From: Candidatus Wolfebacteria bacterium
GTDB taxonomy: Bacteria > Patescibacteriota > Minisyncoccia > UBA6257 > UBA9933
Direction of reading: 5' to 3'
Assembly: GCA_016188075.1 (NCBI GenBank)
Contig: JACPIO010000017.1
Span: 23,406 to 87,405 of the forward strand
Length of the DNA stretch: 64,000 nucleotides
This document shows, one piece after another, positions 27,032 to 36,047 of the stretch (position 1 is its first letter; each line of letters begins with the position of its first letter). Under the pieces are notes generated by a model, which saw only the letters and a list, made by a program, of their open reading frames with translations, was not told the DNA's origin and made no database searches. Both the position numbers and the translations under genes were made by a program.

Positions 27032-29102
27032 CATCGCTTTTTCTCTCTTTTGCATTAGAATTTTCGGTTACTTGAGGATTGACCCACGAGGCATAATCGC
27101 AGGCGGGATATTTTGAACAGCCGTAGAAAAAACGGCCGCGCTTGGTGCGTTTGCGAACCACTTCACCCTCTGCGCATTTCGGACATTTCATTTTAACGCC
27201 GTTCTCGTCCATCACCACATTTTTTATCGGCTTGGCGTTTTTGCAATCCGGAAAACCCGAGCAAGCCATGAATTTTCCGAAACGGCCGTATTTTATAATC
27301 ATCGGCTTGCCGCATTTTTCGCAATCCTCATCGGTCTTTTCTTCTATGGGTTTTTGCTTTTCCACTTCAAGATATTTTTTTTCCAAATTAACCGAAAACG
27401 GCTCATAAAATTTCCGGATGACATTTTGCCATTTTTCGGCGCCGATCGCGATTTCGTCCAATTCTTCTTCCATCCGGGCCGTAAACTGGATATCGACAAT
27501 TGTCGGGAAATGCTCGGTCAATATTTTATTTACGGCGCAGCCGATTTCGGTTGGCGCGAAACGCCGGTCTTCATTTTTAAGAACGTAATTTCTTTCCTGA
27601 ATCACCGAGATGGTCGGCGCGTAGGTGGAGGGCCGGCCGATGCCGTATTCTTCGAGCGTTTTAATAAGACTGGCTTCGTTGTAGCGCGGAGGCGGTTCGG
27701 TAAAATGCTGAGATGGCAAAACCTCAAGCAGTTTCAATTCTTCTTTTTCCGCGAGCGCCGGCAGTTCTTTTTCCTCGAATTGCGTGGGCCAAATTTTCAA
27801 AAACCCGTCAAATTTTAGAATACTGCCGGTGGTAATTAGTAAATAGTAATTAGCAATTAACGAGTTTTTGGCTTCTATCTCCACCCTTGTGGAGTCAAAA
27901 ATTGCTTGGGGCAGCTGCGAGGCGATAAAACGTCTCCAAATCAATTCGTAAAGTCTTTTTTCTTGATTATTTTCTCCCTGAAATTTTTCCGGAGCAAAGT
28001 CCGGCCGCGTGGGCCGAATAGCCTCATGCGCTTCTTGCGCCAAACGCGACTTTGTTTTAAAAAAGCGCGGGGCTTGACTCGCGTATTCTTTTCCCAATTT
28101 TTTTTCAATCCAGCTTTTAGCGGCCAGAACGGATTCGCGGGAAAGATTCACCGAGTCTGTCCGCATATAAGTGATTAAGCCGTTTTCGTAAAGACTCTGG
28201 GCGAACCGCATTGTTTGCTTAGCCGAACAGCGGAGGCGGCGAGACGCTTCCTGCTGAAGAGTCGATGTGGTAAAAGGCGGTAAGGGATTTCTTTTTAACT
28301 CTTTCTTTTCAATTTTGGAAACTCTAAAATCGCATTGCTTCAAATCAATGGCTATTTTATCCGCCTCCTCTTTTGTTTTAATTCCCAGCTTCGGAACAAC
28401 TTCGCCGTTTATTTTATGAAGCAGCGCAGTAAATTTATTTTCCGCGCCTGCCCCGAGTTTTACCGAGGGGTCGTTCCGCGCTGACTTCCGCGTTATTCCG
28501 CGCGATTGAAGCAGAGCTTCAATCGACCAGTATTCCTCCGGTTTGAAATTTTCAATCTCTTCTTCTCTTTCCGCAATCAAACGAAGCGCCACTGACTGCA
28601 CTCGGCCGGCCGAAAGCCGTCTCATCACCTTTTCCCACAAAAATGGCGAGAGTTTGTATCCCACCAAACGATCCAAAACGCGGCGCGCCTGTTGGGCGTC
28701 CACCAAACTCATATTAACTCCGCGAGGATTTTTTAAAGCTTCCTCAATGGCGGACTTGGTAATTTCGTGAAAAACGATTCTTTGGACCTTTGCCGTCCCC
28801 TCCTCATTTAATCCGAGCGCCTGGATTAAGTGATAGGCAATGGCTTCTCCTTCTCTGTCTTCGTCCGTTGCCATGATGACGGCATCGGCTTTTTCCGCTT
28901 CTTTTTTCAGCTGATTGACGCGCTTTTTGGACCTAATCGGAATGATATAGTGGGGTTCGAAATTTTTCTCAACATCAATTCCGATCTTGCTTTTCGGTAG
29001 ATCGCGAATATGACCCATGGTCGCAAGAACTTCATATTCTTTCCCAAGAAACCCTTTTAAGGTTTTTGATTTAGTTGGACTTTCCACTAAAATTAGTTTC
29101 AT
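27003..29102 (-). CDS. topA: DNA topoisomerase I
   Basis: 699 aa; TOPRIM N-terminus (MKLILVESPTKSKTLKGFLG...GHIRDLP) and C-terminal C4 zinc ribbons. In-frame insertion IANYYLLIT encoded by the TAATTAC repeat at 27831-27864. The 3' end runs into the GC-rich repeat, so the exact stop is uncertain. Confidence 0.9.
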   Translation of the reverse strand: MKLILVESPTKSKTLKGFLGKEYEVLATMGHIRDLPKSKIGIDVEKNFEPHYIIPIRSKKRVNQLKKEAEKADAVIMATDEDREGEAIAYHLIQALGLNEEGTAKVQRIVFHEITKSAIEEALKNPRGVNMSLVDAQQARRVLDRLVGYKLSPFLWEKVMRRLSAGRVQSVALRLIAEREEEIENFKPEEYWSIEALLQSRGITRKSARNDPSVKLGAGAENKFTALLHKINGEVVPKLGIKTKEEADKIAIDLKQCDFRVSKIEKKELKRNPLPPFTTSTLQQEASRRLRCSAKQTMRFAQSLYENGLITYMRTDSVNLSRESVLAAKSWIEKKLGKEYASQAPRFFKTKSRLAQEAHEAIRPTRPDFAPEKFQGENNQEKRLYELIWRRFIASQLPQAIFDSTRVEIEAKNSLIANYYLLITTGSILKFDGFLKIWPTQFEEKELPALAEKEELKLLEVLPSQHFTEPPPRYNEASLIKTLEEYGIGRPSTYAPTISVIQERNYVLKNEDRRFAPTEIGCAVNKILTEHFPTIVDIQFTARMEEELDEIAIGAEKWQNVIRKFYEPFSVNLEKKYLEVEKQKPIEEKTDEDCEKCGKPMIIKYGRFGKFMACSGFPDCKNAKPIKNVVMDENGVKMKCPKCAEGEVVRKRTKRGRFFYGCSKYPACDYASWVNPQVTENSNAKERKSDEPAGEARPL

Positions 29103-29114
29103 ATTCTATTTCTA

Positions 29115-30230
29115 TTATATAGAGATATTATATTTATAAATACCAGATTTCGAAGCTTGATGTTGAATGCTATTCCAATTTCGATTAGGCAACATTGACA
29201 AAATCTCGGTTTTGGATAAGAGGGGATAAAATTGTTTAATAACTTGTTTTTCCTTTTGCGAATAATTTTTTCTATATTTCATTTCAATTTTTATACACCG
29301 TTTTGCCGCCTGAAATTTTCTTTCTATATATAAATAAGCATTGGTATAGAGATAACCTAAGAGAGTTTTAGCAGAATTACACCGATAAGCAATGTGGCAT
29401 AAATTATACTTCCCGTCTTTAGATATAGATTTTGTAACAGTAGAGTAAATATTAAATTTTTTAAGAAAATAGTTTCGGATAAAAGTTACAGTATTTTCTC
29501 CGCCACAAATACTTAAGTTGGGATAGCCTAGTTTATCAATCGAAATGCCCCCATCTCCATCTACAATGCCGCGAATAAAATGTCTAACATATTTTCCGGG
29601 GATATCTGGAATTTTTTCGCGAAGGCTTTTTTGATAAGAAATTTTAAGAATTTTTAAATCATCAACAATTTTTTGGCTGGTAATACATAAATAGGCCGCA
29701 CTTTTAACTAAAGATATTTTATGTTGAGAAGAAAGTTCCCTTTTTATTTTTTCTAAAATATCGACATCTCGTTTTTGAACACCAAATTTCAAAGCATCGC
29801 TATATCCCTCATGCGTTCCTCTAGTAATACAGCCATCAGCCAAGGTAAAACCAAGAACATAAGCCATATTGGGCGACCACTTTTGGAAATAAGATTCATT
29901 GACGTTTATTTTTGGTTTATTAGTACTCCGTTTCAATCCCAATCTCTCTCCTTGAGCTAAGATAGCCGACCACGATCTTTTGGGTAAAAAATTTAACAAT
30001 TCGCCCTCGGTAGAATCTTTAAAATATTTTTTAAGTATTTCATTTTCTTCTCGCTGCCATAATTTTGCGGATGACAAACTAAGACTTAGGGCTTTTGCGA
30101 CTATCGTATCCCTGGTACGCCCAGGGAATTTTTCTGCTATATCTTTGACCCTGAATTTTGGATATAAGGCTATTAAGAGCTCGACTTCTTTATCAGACCA
30201 ATAATGATATTTAATACTTCTATTACCCAT
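29115..30230 (-). CDS. free-standing LAGLIDADG-family homing endonuclease
   Basis: 371 aa; two LAGLIDADG motifs (LGFTLADGC and IRGIVDGDGGIS) with flanking helical W..E..L..Y repeat modules. Very AT-rich gene between topA and dprA. Confidence 0.75.
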   Translation of the reverse strand: MGNRSIKYHYWSDKEVELLIALYPKFRVKDIAEKFPGRTRDTIVAKALSLSLSSAKLWQREENEILKKYFKDSTEGELLNFLPKRSWSAILAQGERLGLKRSTNKPKINVNESYFQKWSPNMAYVLGFTLADGCITRGTHEGYSDALKFGVQKRDVDILEKIKRELSSQHKISLVKSAAYLCITSQKIVDDLKILKISYQKSLREKIPDIPGKYVRHFIRGIVDGDGGISIDKLGYPNLSICGGENTVTFIRNYFLKKFNIYSTVTKSISKDGKYNLCHIAYRCNSAKTLLGYLYTNAYLYIERKFQAAKRCIKIEMKYRKNYSQKEKQVIKQFYPLLSKTEILSMLPNRNWNSIQHQASKSGIYKYNISI

Positions 30231-30329
30231 CTTTACATTTTAGTATATTTTGCGGGAAATTCAACGATAACGAGATTCATAAAACATAAAACATTTGCGC
30301 TTCATGCTTTATGCTTCATGATTTGTGAA

Positions 30330-31214
30330 TCATATCGTATATCCTCTTTCCGACTCCTTTATAAAATTATTGATTACCAGCATCGCGACTGTTTGACTTA
30401 CGACTTGCGGTTCCAGTTTAGTGAGCTCAATAATTTTGTCAATTCGAACCGGCTCCCCCGCCCCTTCAATAACTCTTAAAACCATTAATTGTTTCTCGTC
30501 TTTAATTTTTTGTGATTTCGTATTTTCGTATATTCGTACCTTTTCGTATTTCGTAGCCAGATTGAGGTCTTCCATTATATCTTCCGCCGAAGCAACCAAT
30601 CTCGCCCCGTCCCTGATTAAAGCGTGCGATCCCTTATAGTTGGGGTGCTCGACCGGTCCGGGAAAAACAAAAACTTCGCGACCCTGTTCAGCCGCGAGCC
30701 GCGCCGTAACCAAAGCGCCAGACTCCCTGGGAGCTTCGATTATAATGGCGGCCAAAGAAAGACCGCTTACGATTCTATTTCGTTCAAGAAATCGGTGCGG
30801 CAGGACCGGCGTCCCCGGAGAATATTCCGAGATAATCGCTCCGCCGGCTTGGAGAATCTGATTGGCTAAATTTTCATTCTGCTCAGGATAAATAGAATCG
30901 AGGCCGTTTCCAAGAACGGCAATGGTCGGCGATCCGCCGCGCAAACTGCCTTGGTGAGCCGCGGTGTCAATACCCATCGCCAAACCGCTTACGACAACGA
31001 GTCCCCGGCGCGACAAATCTTCGGCTAATCGTTTGGCCATATTTTTTCCGGCTTCGGTGGCTTTTCTCGTTCCCACAATGGCAACGCGCGGAATGTCGTA
31101 AGCGGGCAATTTCCCCAAAAAATAGAGCCCAGACGGCGCGCCTCGTATTTCCGAAAGCAAGGCCGGATAGCGGCTATCGCCCCTCTCTAAAAAATTTATT
31201 TCCGCTTTTGACAT
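30330..31214 (-). CDS. dprA: DNA processing protein DprA (Smf)
   Basis: 294 aa; ...VAIVGTRKATEAGKNMAKRLAEDLSRRGLVVVSGLAMGIDTAAHQGSL... Carries an in-frame (ttcgta)n insertion at 30521-30570. Confidence 0.85.
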   Translation of the reverse strand: MSKAEINFLERGDSRYPALLSEIRGAPSGLYFLGKLPAYDIPRVAIVGTRKATEAGKNMAKRLAEDLSRRGLVVVSGLAMGIDTAAHQGSLRGGSPTIAVLGNGLDSIYPEQNENLANQILQAGGAIISEYSPGTPVLPHRFLERNRIVSGLSLAAIIIEAPRESGALVTARLAAEQGREVFVFPGPVEHPNYKGSHALIRDGARLVASAEDIMEDLNLATKYEKVRIYENTKSQKIKDEKQLMVLRVIEGAGEPVRIDKIIELTKLEPQVVSQTVAMLVINNFIKESERGYTI

Positions 31215-31297
31215 AGACTAAAACATTGAATAATATTATAAATGAGTAAGCGCGAATTGGCGAATTCTCGCGAATATCGCAAATTAAATCTTTTGGC

Positions 31298-31825
31298 ATG
31301 CAATTCAAAAAATATTTTTTAACTCGAGTCGGAATTGATCTCGCGATCATTATTGCCGCTGCCATCCTCGCGGTCTTTATCGGCTCCGACATGCGAAACC
31401 GCGCCGCCAAAATTACTTCATTAAGAGACGACATTGATTTCTGGACTCAATCAACCGAATCCCTGGCCTTGCTCCGCGAGGACCGGGCTCGAGCCCAAAA
31501 CTATTCCGCCGAACTTCAGAATAGGTTGCCCAGCCGAGACGAGCTTTTAAATTTTTCACGGGATTTAAACATCATCGCCAATCAAAATAAGGTGGGTTTT
31601 AATTCTTCTTTGGGAAACGAAGAGAGGGGCGCCAACGATAAATTGGGCAGAGTGTCTTTTAATTTGACAGCCGAAGGCGCGCTTGATAACATTTTAAACC
31701 TTGCGAAGGGAATAAAAAACAGCCGATACTTTGTCAATACGACCAATTTCGATCTTGTGGCGAAACCCGGAGACGGTTTCCGGCTTTCTATGAACGGACA
31801 GGTATTTTCGTTTTATTCACGCTAA
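31298..31825 (+). CDS. hypothetical membrane-anchored protein (PilO-like topology, speculative)
   Basis: 175 aa; N-terminal TM helix, coiled coil, beta-rich C-terminus. Confidence 0.35.
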   Translation: MQFKKYFLTRVGIDLAIIIAAAILAVFIGSDMRNRAAKITSLRDDIDFWTQSTESLALLREDRARAQNYSAELQNRLPSRDELLNFSRDLNIIANQNKVGFNSSLGNEERGANDKLGRVSFNLTAEGALDNILNLAKGIKNSRYFVNTTNFDLVAKPGDGFRLSMNGQVFSFYSR

Positions 31826-32028
31826 TGACTAAACTATTAAAAAACAGAGAGGTAATTTTTATTGCCCTTAGCCTGCTTTTCCTTTTTCTCGTGGGACTCG
31901 CCGTCTTTTACTCCGTGAGTTTTCTTTTGGACAATTTCCAAAAAGCAATTTCGGAAAACGGGGCAACTGACCAGCAGATTTCCAAATTCAATTTAAAAGG
32001 ATTGGAAGAATTGGGAATTATAAAGTAA
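31825..32028 (+). CDS. hypothetical small membrane protein
   Basis: 67 aa, one TM helix; translationally coupled to the preceding ORF. Confidence 0.3.
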   Translation: MTKLLKNREVIFIALSLLFLFLVGLAVFYSVSFLLDNFQKAISENGATDQQISKFNLKGLEELGIIK

Positions 32029-32038
32029 GCCTTTTTTC

Positions 32039-32294
32039 GGGCGCGTAGTTCAGCTTGCCCCGCCACCTCTGGGCATGTAGCTCAGTGGTAGAGCACAGTC
32101 CTGATAAGACTGGGGTCGGAGGTTCGATCCCTCCCATGCCCACAGAGGTGGCGGGGTGAAGTAGAACGCGTCTCTGATAAAGACGAGGTCGGAGGTTTTC
32201 CCGCATTCATCCCGAACGCAGTGAGGTTAAGCAAGCGCAATCCCGCACAATCCGCCTCTGACAGATTTGTGCGGGACGATCCTTCCCGCGCCCA
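32039..32294 (+). pseudogene. tRNA-Ile(GAU)-like gene interrupted in the D-loop and T-loop (outer copy)
   Basis: 5' GGGCGCG-TA-GTTC (32039-32051) ... GAAC-G-CGTCT-CTGATAA-AGACG-AGGTC-GGAGG-TT (32164-32197) ... CGATC-CTTCC-CGCGCCC-A (32277-32294). Acceptor, D-stem, anticodon arm, V-loop and T-arm all pair. Insertion 1 (32058-32156) is the inner tRNA-Ile with 13-bp IR flanks; insertion 2 (32198-32276) has 7-bp terminal IRs tcccgca/tgcggga. Confidence 0.5.
32071..32142 (+). tRNA. tRNA-Ile (GAU)
   Basis: GGGCATGTAGCTCAGTGGTAGAGCACAGTCCTGATAAGACTGGGGTCGGAGGTTCGATCCCTCCCATGCCCA; flanked directly by perfect 13-bp inverted repeats ccccgccacctct / agaggtggcgggg. Confidence 0.85.
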
Positions 32295-32298
32295 CACG

Positions 32299-32375
32299 AA
32301 TTCCGCTAAAATTTTTAACAAAAATTTTATAGCGGAATTCAGTGTCCCGAGCGAGTCCCGATCGCAATCGGGACG
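32299..32375 (+). terminator. two consecutive hairpins after the tRNA-Ile locus
   Basis: gaattccgctaaaatttttaacaaaaattttatagcggaattc is an AT-core hairpin like the one after tRNA-Gly at 3133-3160. gtcccgatcgcaatcgggac is the same family as the hup terminator. Confidence 0.45.
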
Positions 32376-32466
32376 ACGAGGGGCTACATAAGCCACCCGG
32401 GTGGCGTATTGAATTGTATTACAAAACCCCTATCAAATTGAACCGATTTCTATTAGAATATTTAGA

Positions 32467-32838
32467 ATGGCTCTCATTCTTTACCTTGGCAATCGTTTTT
32501 TCTATCGGCTCGCCGAATTCTTCCGACATTGGTACAAAAACAGCTTCCGGATTTACGGCCACTTTGTAATTTCCACTCTTGAAAAACTCGACCAAAGTTT
32601 AGCTTGGAGAATCACTCTCAAGCACCTTTTTGAACCCCTTTATCAAGACCGCAGTTTTATCGGCTATATTTTGGGTTTCATTTTTCGAGTGGGGAGGCTC
32701 ATAATCGGCGGCGCAATCCATCTCTTCCTCATAACCATCGCCCTTCTACTCTATCTATCTTGGCTCGTCATTCCCGTTTTCATAATTTCTAAAATACTCA
32801 ATCTGCCGATCCCCATAAATATTCCAAACTTTTTCTAA
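32467..32838 (+). CDS. hypothetical membrane protein
   Basis: 123 aa; C-terminal TM helices; its stop abuts the start of the Clp ATPase. Confidence 0.35.
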   Translation: MALILYLGNRFFYRLAEFFRHWYKNSFRIYGHFVISTLEKLDQSLAWRITLKHLFEPLYQDRSFIGYILGFIFRVGRLIIGGAIHLFLITIALLLYLSWLVIPVFIISKILNLPIPINIPNFF

Positions 32839-35354
32839 TGCCAGAATTTAAGATGCAAAATTTATATCTCAAGGATGCGCGGATCGAGATGGCGACCGCC
32901 CTCCGTTTCGTCCTTCGCCTTATCACCTATTCTTTTTATACCTTATTTACGGCGGCTGTTTTATCCCTGCTCCTCACTGATATCCCCTCTCTGTTTTGGC
33001 TGGGAGTTTTGGGCGCTTTATTTTTAGCGGACAGAATGCTCCACGTTGGCGAAGCCGAGAGGACGCTCAACGACCCGGGGGCGAGCACCGACGAGACAAT
33101 CAATATTGCCAACCATCTCGCTCCAAAAACTTTATCGATTCTCGAAAGGGCGATCGAGCGGTCATCCATCACCGGAAGCAATCTCCATCTCTCGCTTCTC
33201 AAAATTTTAATCAAAGAAAAAGACGTCGCGGAGGCGCTCGCAAGATTGGAAATATCCAGCAAAGAATTTGAGACGAAGATTGACGACTTGCTGAAAAGCG
33301 AATTGACTCAAAAGATTTTTAGGGAGAAATTATTCGACGATGTCGCGGCCTTAACCAAAATTGCTTTTGTCCTCGGCCAGGCCTCGAAAGAAAAATTCAT
33401 TGAGCCCAGAGTTTTATTTGCCGCCGCCCCCCTGGCTCAAGACGCGAAACTAAACAGACTTTTCGGCGTTTTCGGAATAGATTCCCAAGATCTCCAAAAC
33501 GCGATGCTTTTCGGCCGGTTCAGCCGAGACTCTGGCTGGCTTAAAAACTTGCCGGCTTCTTTGGCTGGTTTCGCGAACAGTCCCTCGAGAATCCGCAAAC
33601 GCTTTATGAATCGCGCCTGGACAGCCCGACCCACGCCCACCCTTGACAAATACTCCATAGATTTCACCAATCTCGCGAGACGGGAAAAAATAGGATTTCT
33701 CATAGGCCACAAGGAAGAATACAATCGCCTGATTGACATTCTCTCTCGTCCGTCAAAGCCAAACGCGCTTTTAGTGGGCGACCCGGGCAGCGGCAAAGAA
33801 ACGATTATCGCTCATCTCGCTTTTAAAATCGCGAAAGACGAAGTCCCGGCGGCCCTTTTTGACAAAAGATTGATTTCTCTGCAGATCGGTAATTTGGTTT
33901 CCGGCGCCACCTCGGATGAAGTTTCGAAGCGCGTCAATGACGTCATCGGCGAAATTTTGGCGGCCGGAAACGTCATCCTGCACATTCCCGACATTCATAA
34001 TCTCACCAAAACTTCAGGGCCTCAATATCTAAGCGCGGCTGACATCTTAATCCCGGCAGTGACCACCGACGAATTTCCGCTCGTCGGCTCCACCTATCCC
34101 AGAGAATTTAAAGCAATGATAGAATCGCAAAGTGATTTTTCTTCGGCGTTTGAGATAATCCGCGTTAACGAAATAAGCGAAGAGGAAGCAACCCAAATTT
34201 TAACTTACGAGAGCTTGGTTTTGGAAAAACAATATCACCTGACAATAACCATCGGCGCCGTGAACCAAGCAGTCAATCTGGCGCATAAATATTTTCGGCA
34301 AAAATTTCTGCCGTCGAGCGCCGAAGAACTGCTGAAAGAAGCTCTGGCCTGGGCTAGCCAAAAAGGCGACCGAATCCTCCGGTCCGACGATTTGATTCAA
34401 ATCGCCGAGCGAAAAATCAACATTCCTCTTCATCGCACCAACAAAGAAGAAACGGAAAAACTGCTTAATCTGGAAAGCCTCATCCACGAAAGACTGGTTG
34501 ATCAGGAAGAAGCGGTCAAAGCCGTGAGCAGCGCTCTTCGAGAATACCGGAGCGGCCTGGCGCGCCAAGGCGGACCCATGGCGGCGTTTCTTTTTGTCGG
34601 ACCCACGGGCGTGGGCAAAACCGAACTCGCCAAAACCTTGGCGAAAATCCAATTTGGCTCGGAGAAAATGATGATCCGCTTTGACATGTCCGAATACCAG
34701 GATAAACAAAGCATCTACCGCTTTATCGGCTCTCCGGACGGCAGGATGGCCGGCAATTTGACCGAATCCGTTATTCAAAAACCCTACTCGTTAATTCTTT
34801 TGGATGAATTTGAAAAAGCCAATTCGGACATCTTAAATCTTTTTCTTCAAGTATTTGACGACGGCCGACTAACCGATAACCTGGGACGCACCATTGATTT
34901 CGTAAATACGATGATCATTGCCACTTCGAACGCGCATTCGGAATTCATAAAAACGCACATTGAAGCCCATACGCCGATGCCCGTGATCGCCGAAGAGCTC
35001 AAAAAGAAATTGACGGACTATTTCCGGCCGGAATTATTAAATCGCTTCTCCAATATAATTGTCTTTAAAACCTTAAGCCGTGAGGACATTGAGGCGATTG
35101 CGCGGATTCAGCTTAAAAACCTGGCCCAAGACGTACTCGAAACCAACGCCATCAATTTATTCTACGATGACGCCGTGGTAAAAAAAGTTGCCGAACTCGG
35201 TTTTGATCCGGTCTTCGGCGCCCGACCTTTGCGCGGCGTTATTTCCGACAAAATCCGGAGTGTTCTGGCGGAGAAAATCTTGAAAGGCGAAATCGTAAAA
35301 GGGAGCGAAATAAAAATATCCCTGGAAGCCGATGAGTTAAAATTCTCTTTTTGA
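32838..35354 (+). CDS. Clp/Hsp100-family AAA+ ATPase (ClpB/ClpC-like) with hydrophobic N-terminus
   Basis: 838 aa; Clp_N-like repeats. D1 has a degenerate Walker A (GDPGSGKE) and Walker B (VILHIPDIH, no DE). D2 is canonical (FLFVGPTGVGKTELAK; LILLDEFEKAN) and a C-terminal D2-small domain is present. Confidence 0.75.
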   Translation: MPEFKMQNLYLKDARIEMATALRFVLRLITYSFYTLFTAAVLSLLLTDIPSLFWLGVLGALFLADRMLHVGEAERTLNDPGASTDETINIANHLAPKTLSILERAIERSSITGSNLHLSLLKILIKEKDVAEALARLEISSKEFETKIDDLLKSELTQKIFREKLFDDVAALTKIAFVLGQASKEKFIEPRVLFAAAPLAQDAKLNRLFGVFGIDSQDLQNAMLFGRFSRDSGWLKNLPASLAGFANSPSRIRKRFMNRAWTARPTPTLDKYSIDFTNLARREKIGFLIGHKEEYNRLIDILSRPSKPNALLVGDPGSGKETIIAHLAFKIAKDEVPAALFDKRLISLQIGNLVSGATSDEVSKRVNDVIGEILAAGNVILHIPDIHNLTKTSGPQYLSAADILIPAVTTDEFPLVGSTYPREFKAMIESQSDFSSAFEIIRVNEISEEEATQILTYESLVLEKQYHLTITIGAVNQAVNLAHKYFRQKFLPSSAEELLKEALAWASQKGDRILRSDDLIQIAERKINIPLHRTNKEETEKLLNLESLIHERLVDQEEAVKAVSSALREYRSGLARQGGPMAAFLFVGPTGVGKTELAKTLAKIQFGSEKMMIRFDMSEYQDKQSIYRFIGSPDGRMAGNLTESVIQKPYSLILLDEFEKANSDILNLFLQVFDDGRLTDNLGRTIDFVNTMIIATSNAHSEFIKTHIEAHTPMPVIAEELKKKLTDYFRPELLNRFSNIIVFKTLSREDIEAIARIQLKNLAQDVLETNAINLFYDDAVVKKVAELGFDPVFGARPLRGVISDKIRSVLAEKILKGEIVKGSEIKISLEADELKFSF

Positions 35355-36040
35355 ATTCGCGACGAAACCCTACAATGAAAATAAAAATTGACATTAATTT
35401 AGAAAATTTCAAGATTAACCGGATTGCTAAATACCTGATACTGGCAGACTTGTTCTTCTTGGGCGGCTGGAGCTTGATTGATCCGATTTTCGCGATTTTC
35501 GTGATTCAAAAAATCGCCGGCGCCACGATTGTGACAGTGGGCATCGCCACAGCCATTACACTTTTAACCAAGTCAATTTTCCAGATACCCGTCGCGATTT
35601 ATTTGGATAAAAAAGCTGGCGAGAAAGACGATTTTTATGCTTTGGTTTTGGGTCTTATGCTTACCGGACTTACCGCGATTTTATTTGTGCTTACCAAAAA
35701 CATCGCTGTGCTTTATTTAATAGTTTTTTTGAAAGGTATGGCTTTTGGGTTATACGTGCCTTCGTGGTCAGCGATTTTTTCGCGCCATCTTGATCCGGAT
35801 CGCTATGCCTTTGATTGGTCCCTTGATAGCACCACGGCCGGACTCGCGGCCGGGGTGGCTTCGTTTACCGGAGGGATTTTGGCGAGCGTCTGGGGATTCG
35901 AAGCGGTGTTTATTTTGACGAGTGCTTTATCTTTCGCGAGCGCCTTTCTTTTATTTTTCGTGCCGAACTTAATTATTCCTCGCGCCTCATCCCAGACACC
36001 AATTATCAAAAACTACACGCCGCCAACTTTGAGCAAATGA
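35351..36040 (+). CDS. hypothetical polytopic membrane protein (MFS-half-like)
   Basis: 229 aa with about 6 TM helices. Confidence 0.4.
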   Translation: MNSRRNPTMKIKIDINLENFKINRIAKYLILADLFFLGGWSLIDPIFAIFVIQKIAGATIVTVGIATAITLLTKSIFQIPVAIYLDKKAGEKDDFYALVLGLMLTGLTAILFVLTKNIAVLYLIVFLKGMAFGLYVPSWSAIFSRHLDPDRYAFDWSLDSTTAGLAAGVASFTGGILASVWGFEAVFILTSALSFASAFLLFFVPNLIIPRASSQTPIIKNYTPPTLSK

Positions 36041-36047
36041 TCTATTA

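Noticed and set aside
26893-27110. GC-rich repeats at the rel/topA junction as a coding C-terminal extension of TopA or an independent gene
   Set aside because: The sequence is composed of palindromic repeat units shared with the 18128 intergenic site. The translated tail (SDEPAGEARPL) has no zinc-ribbon or other TopA features.
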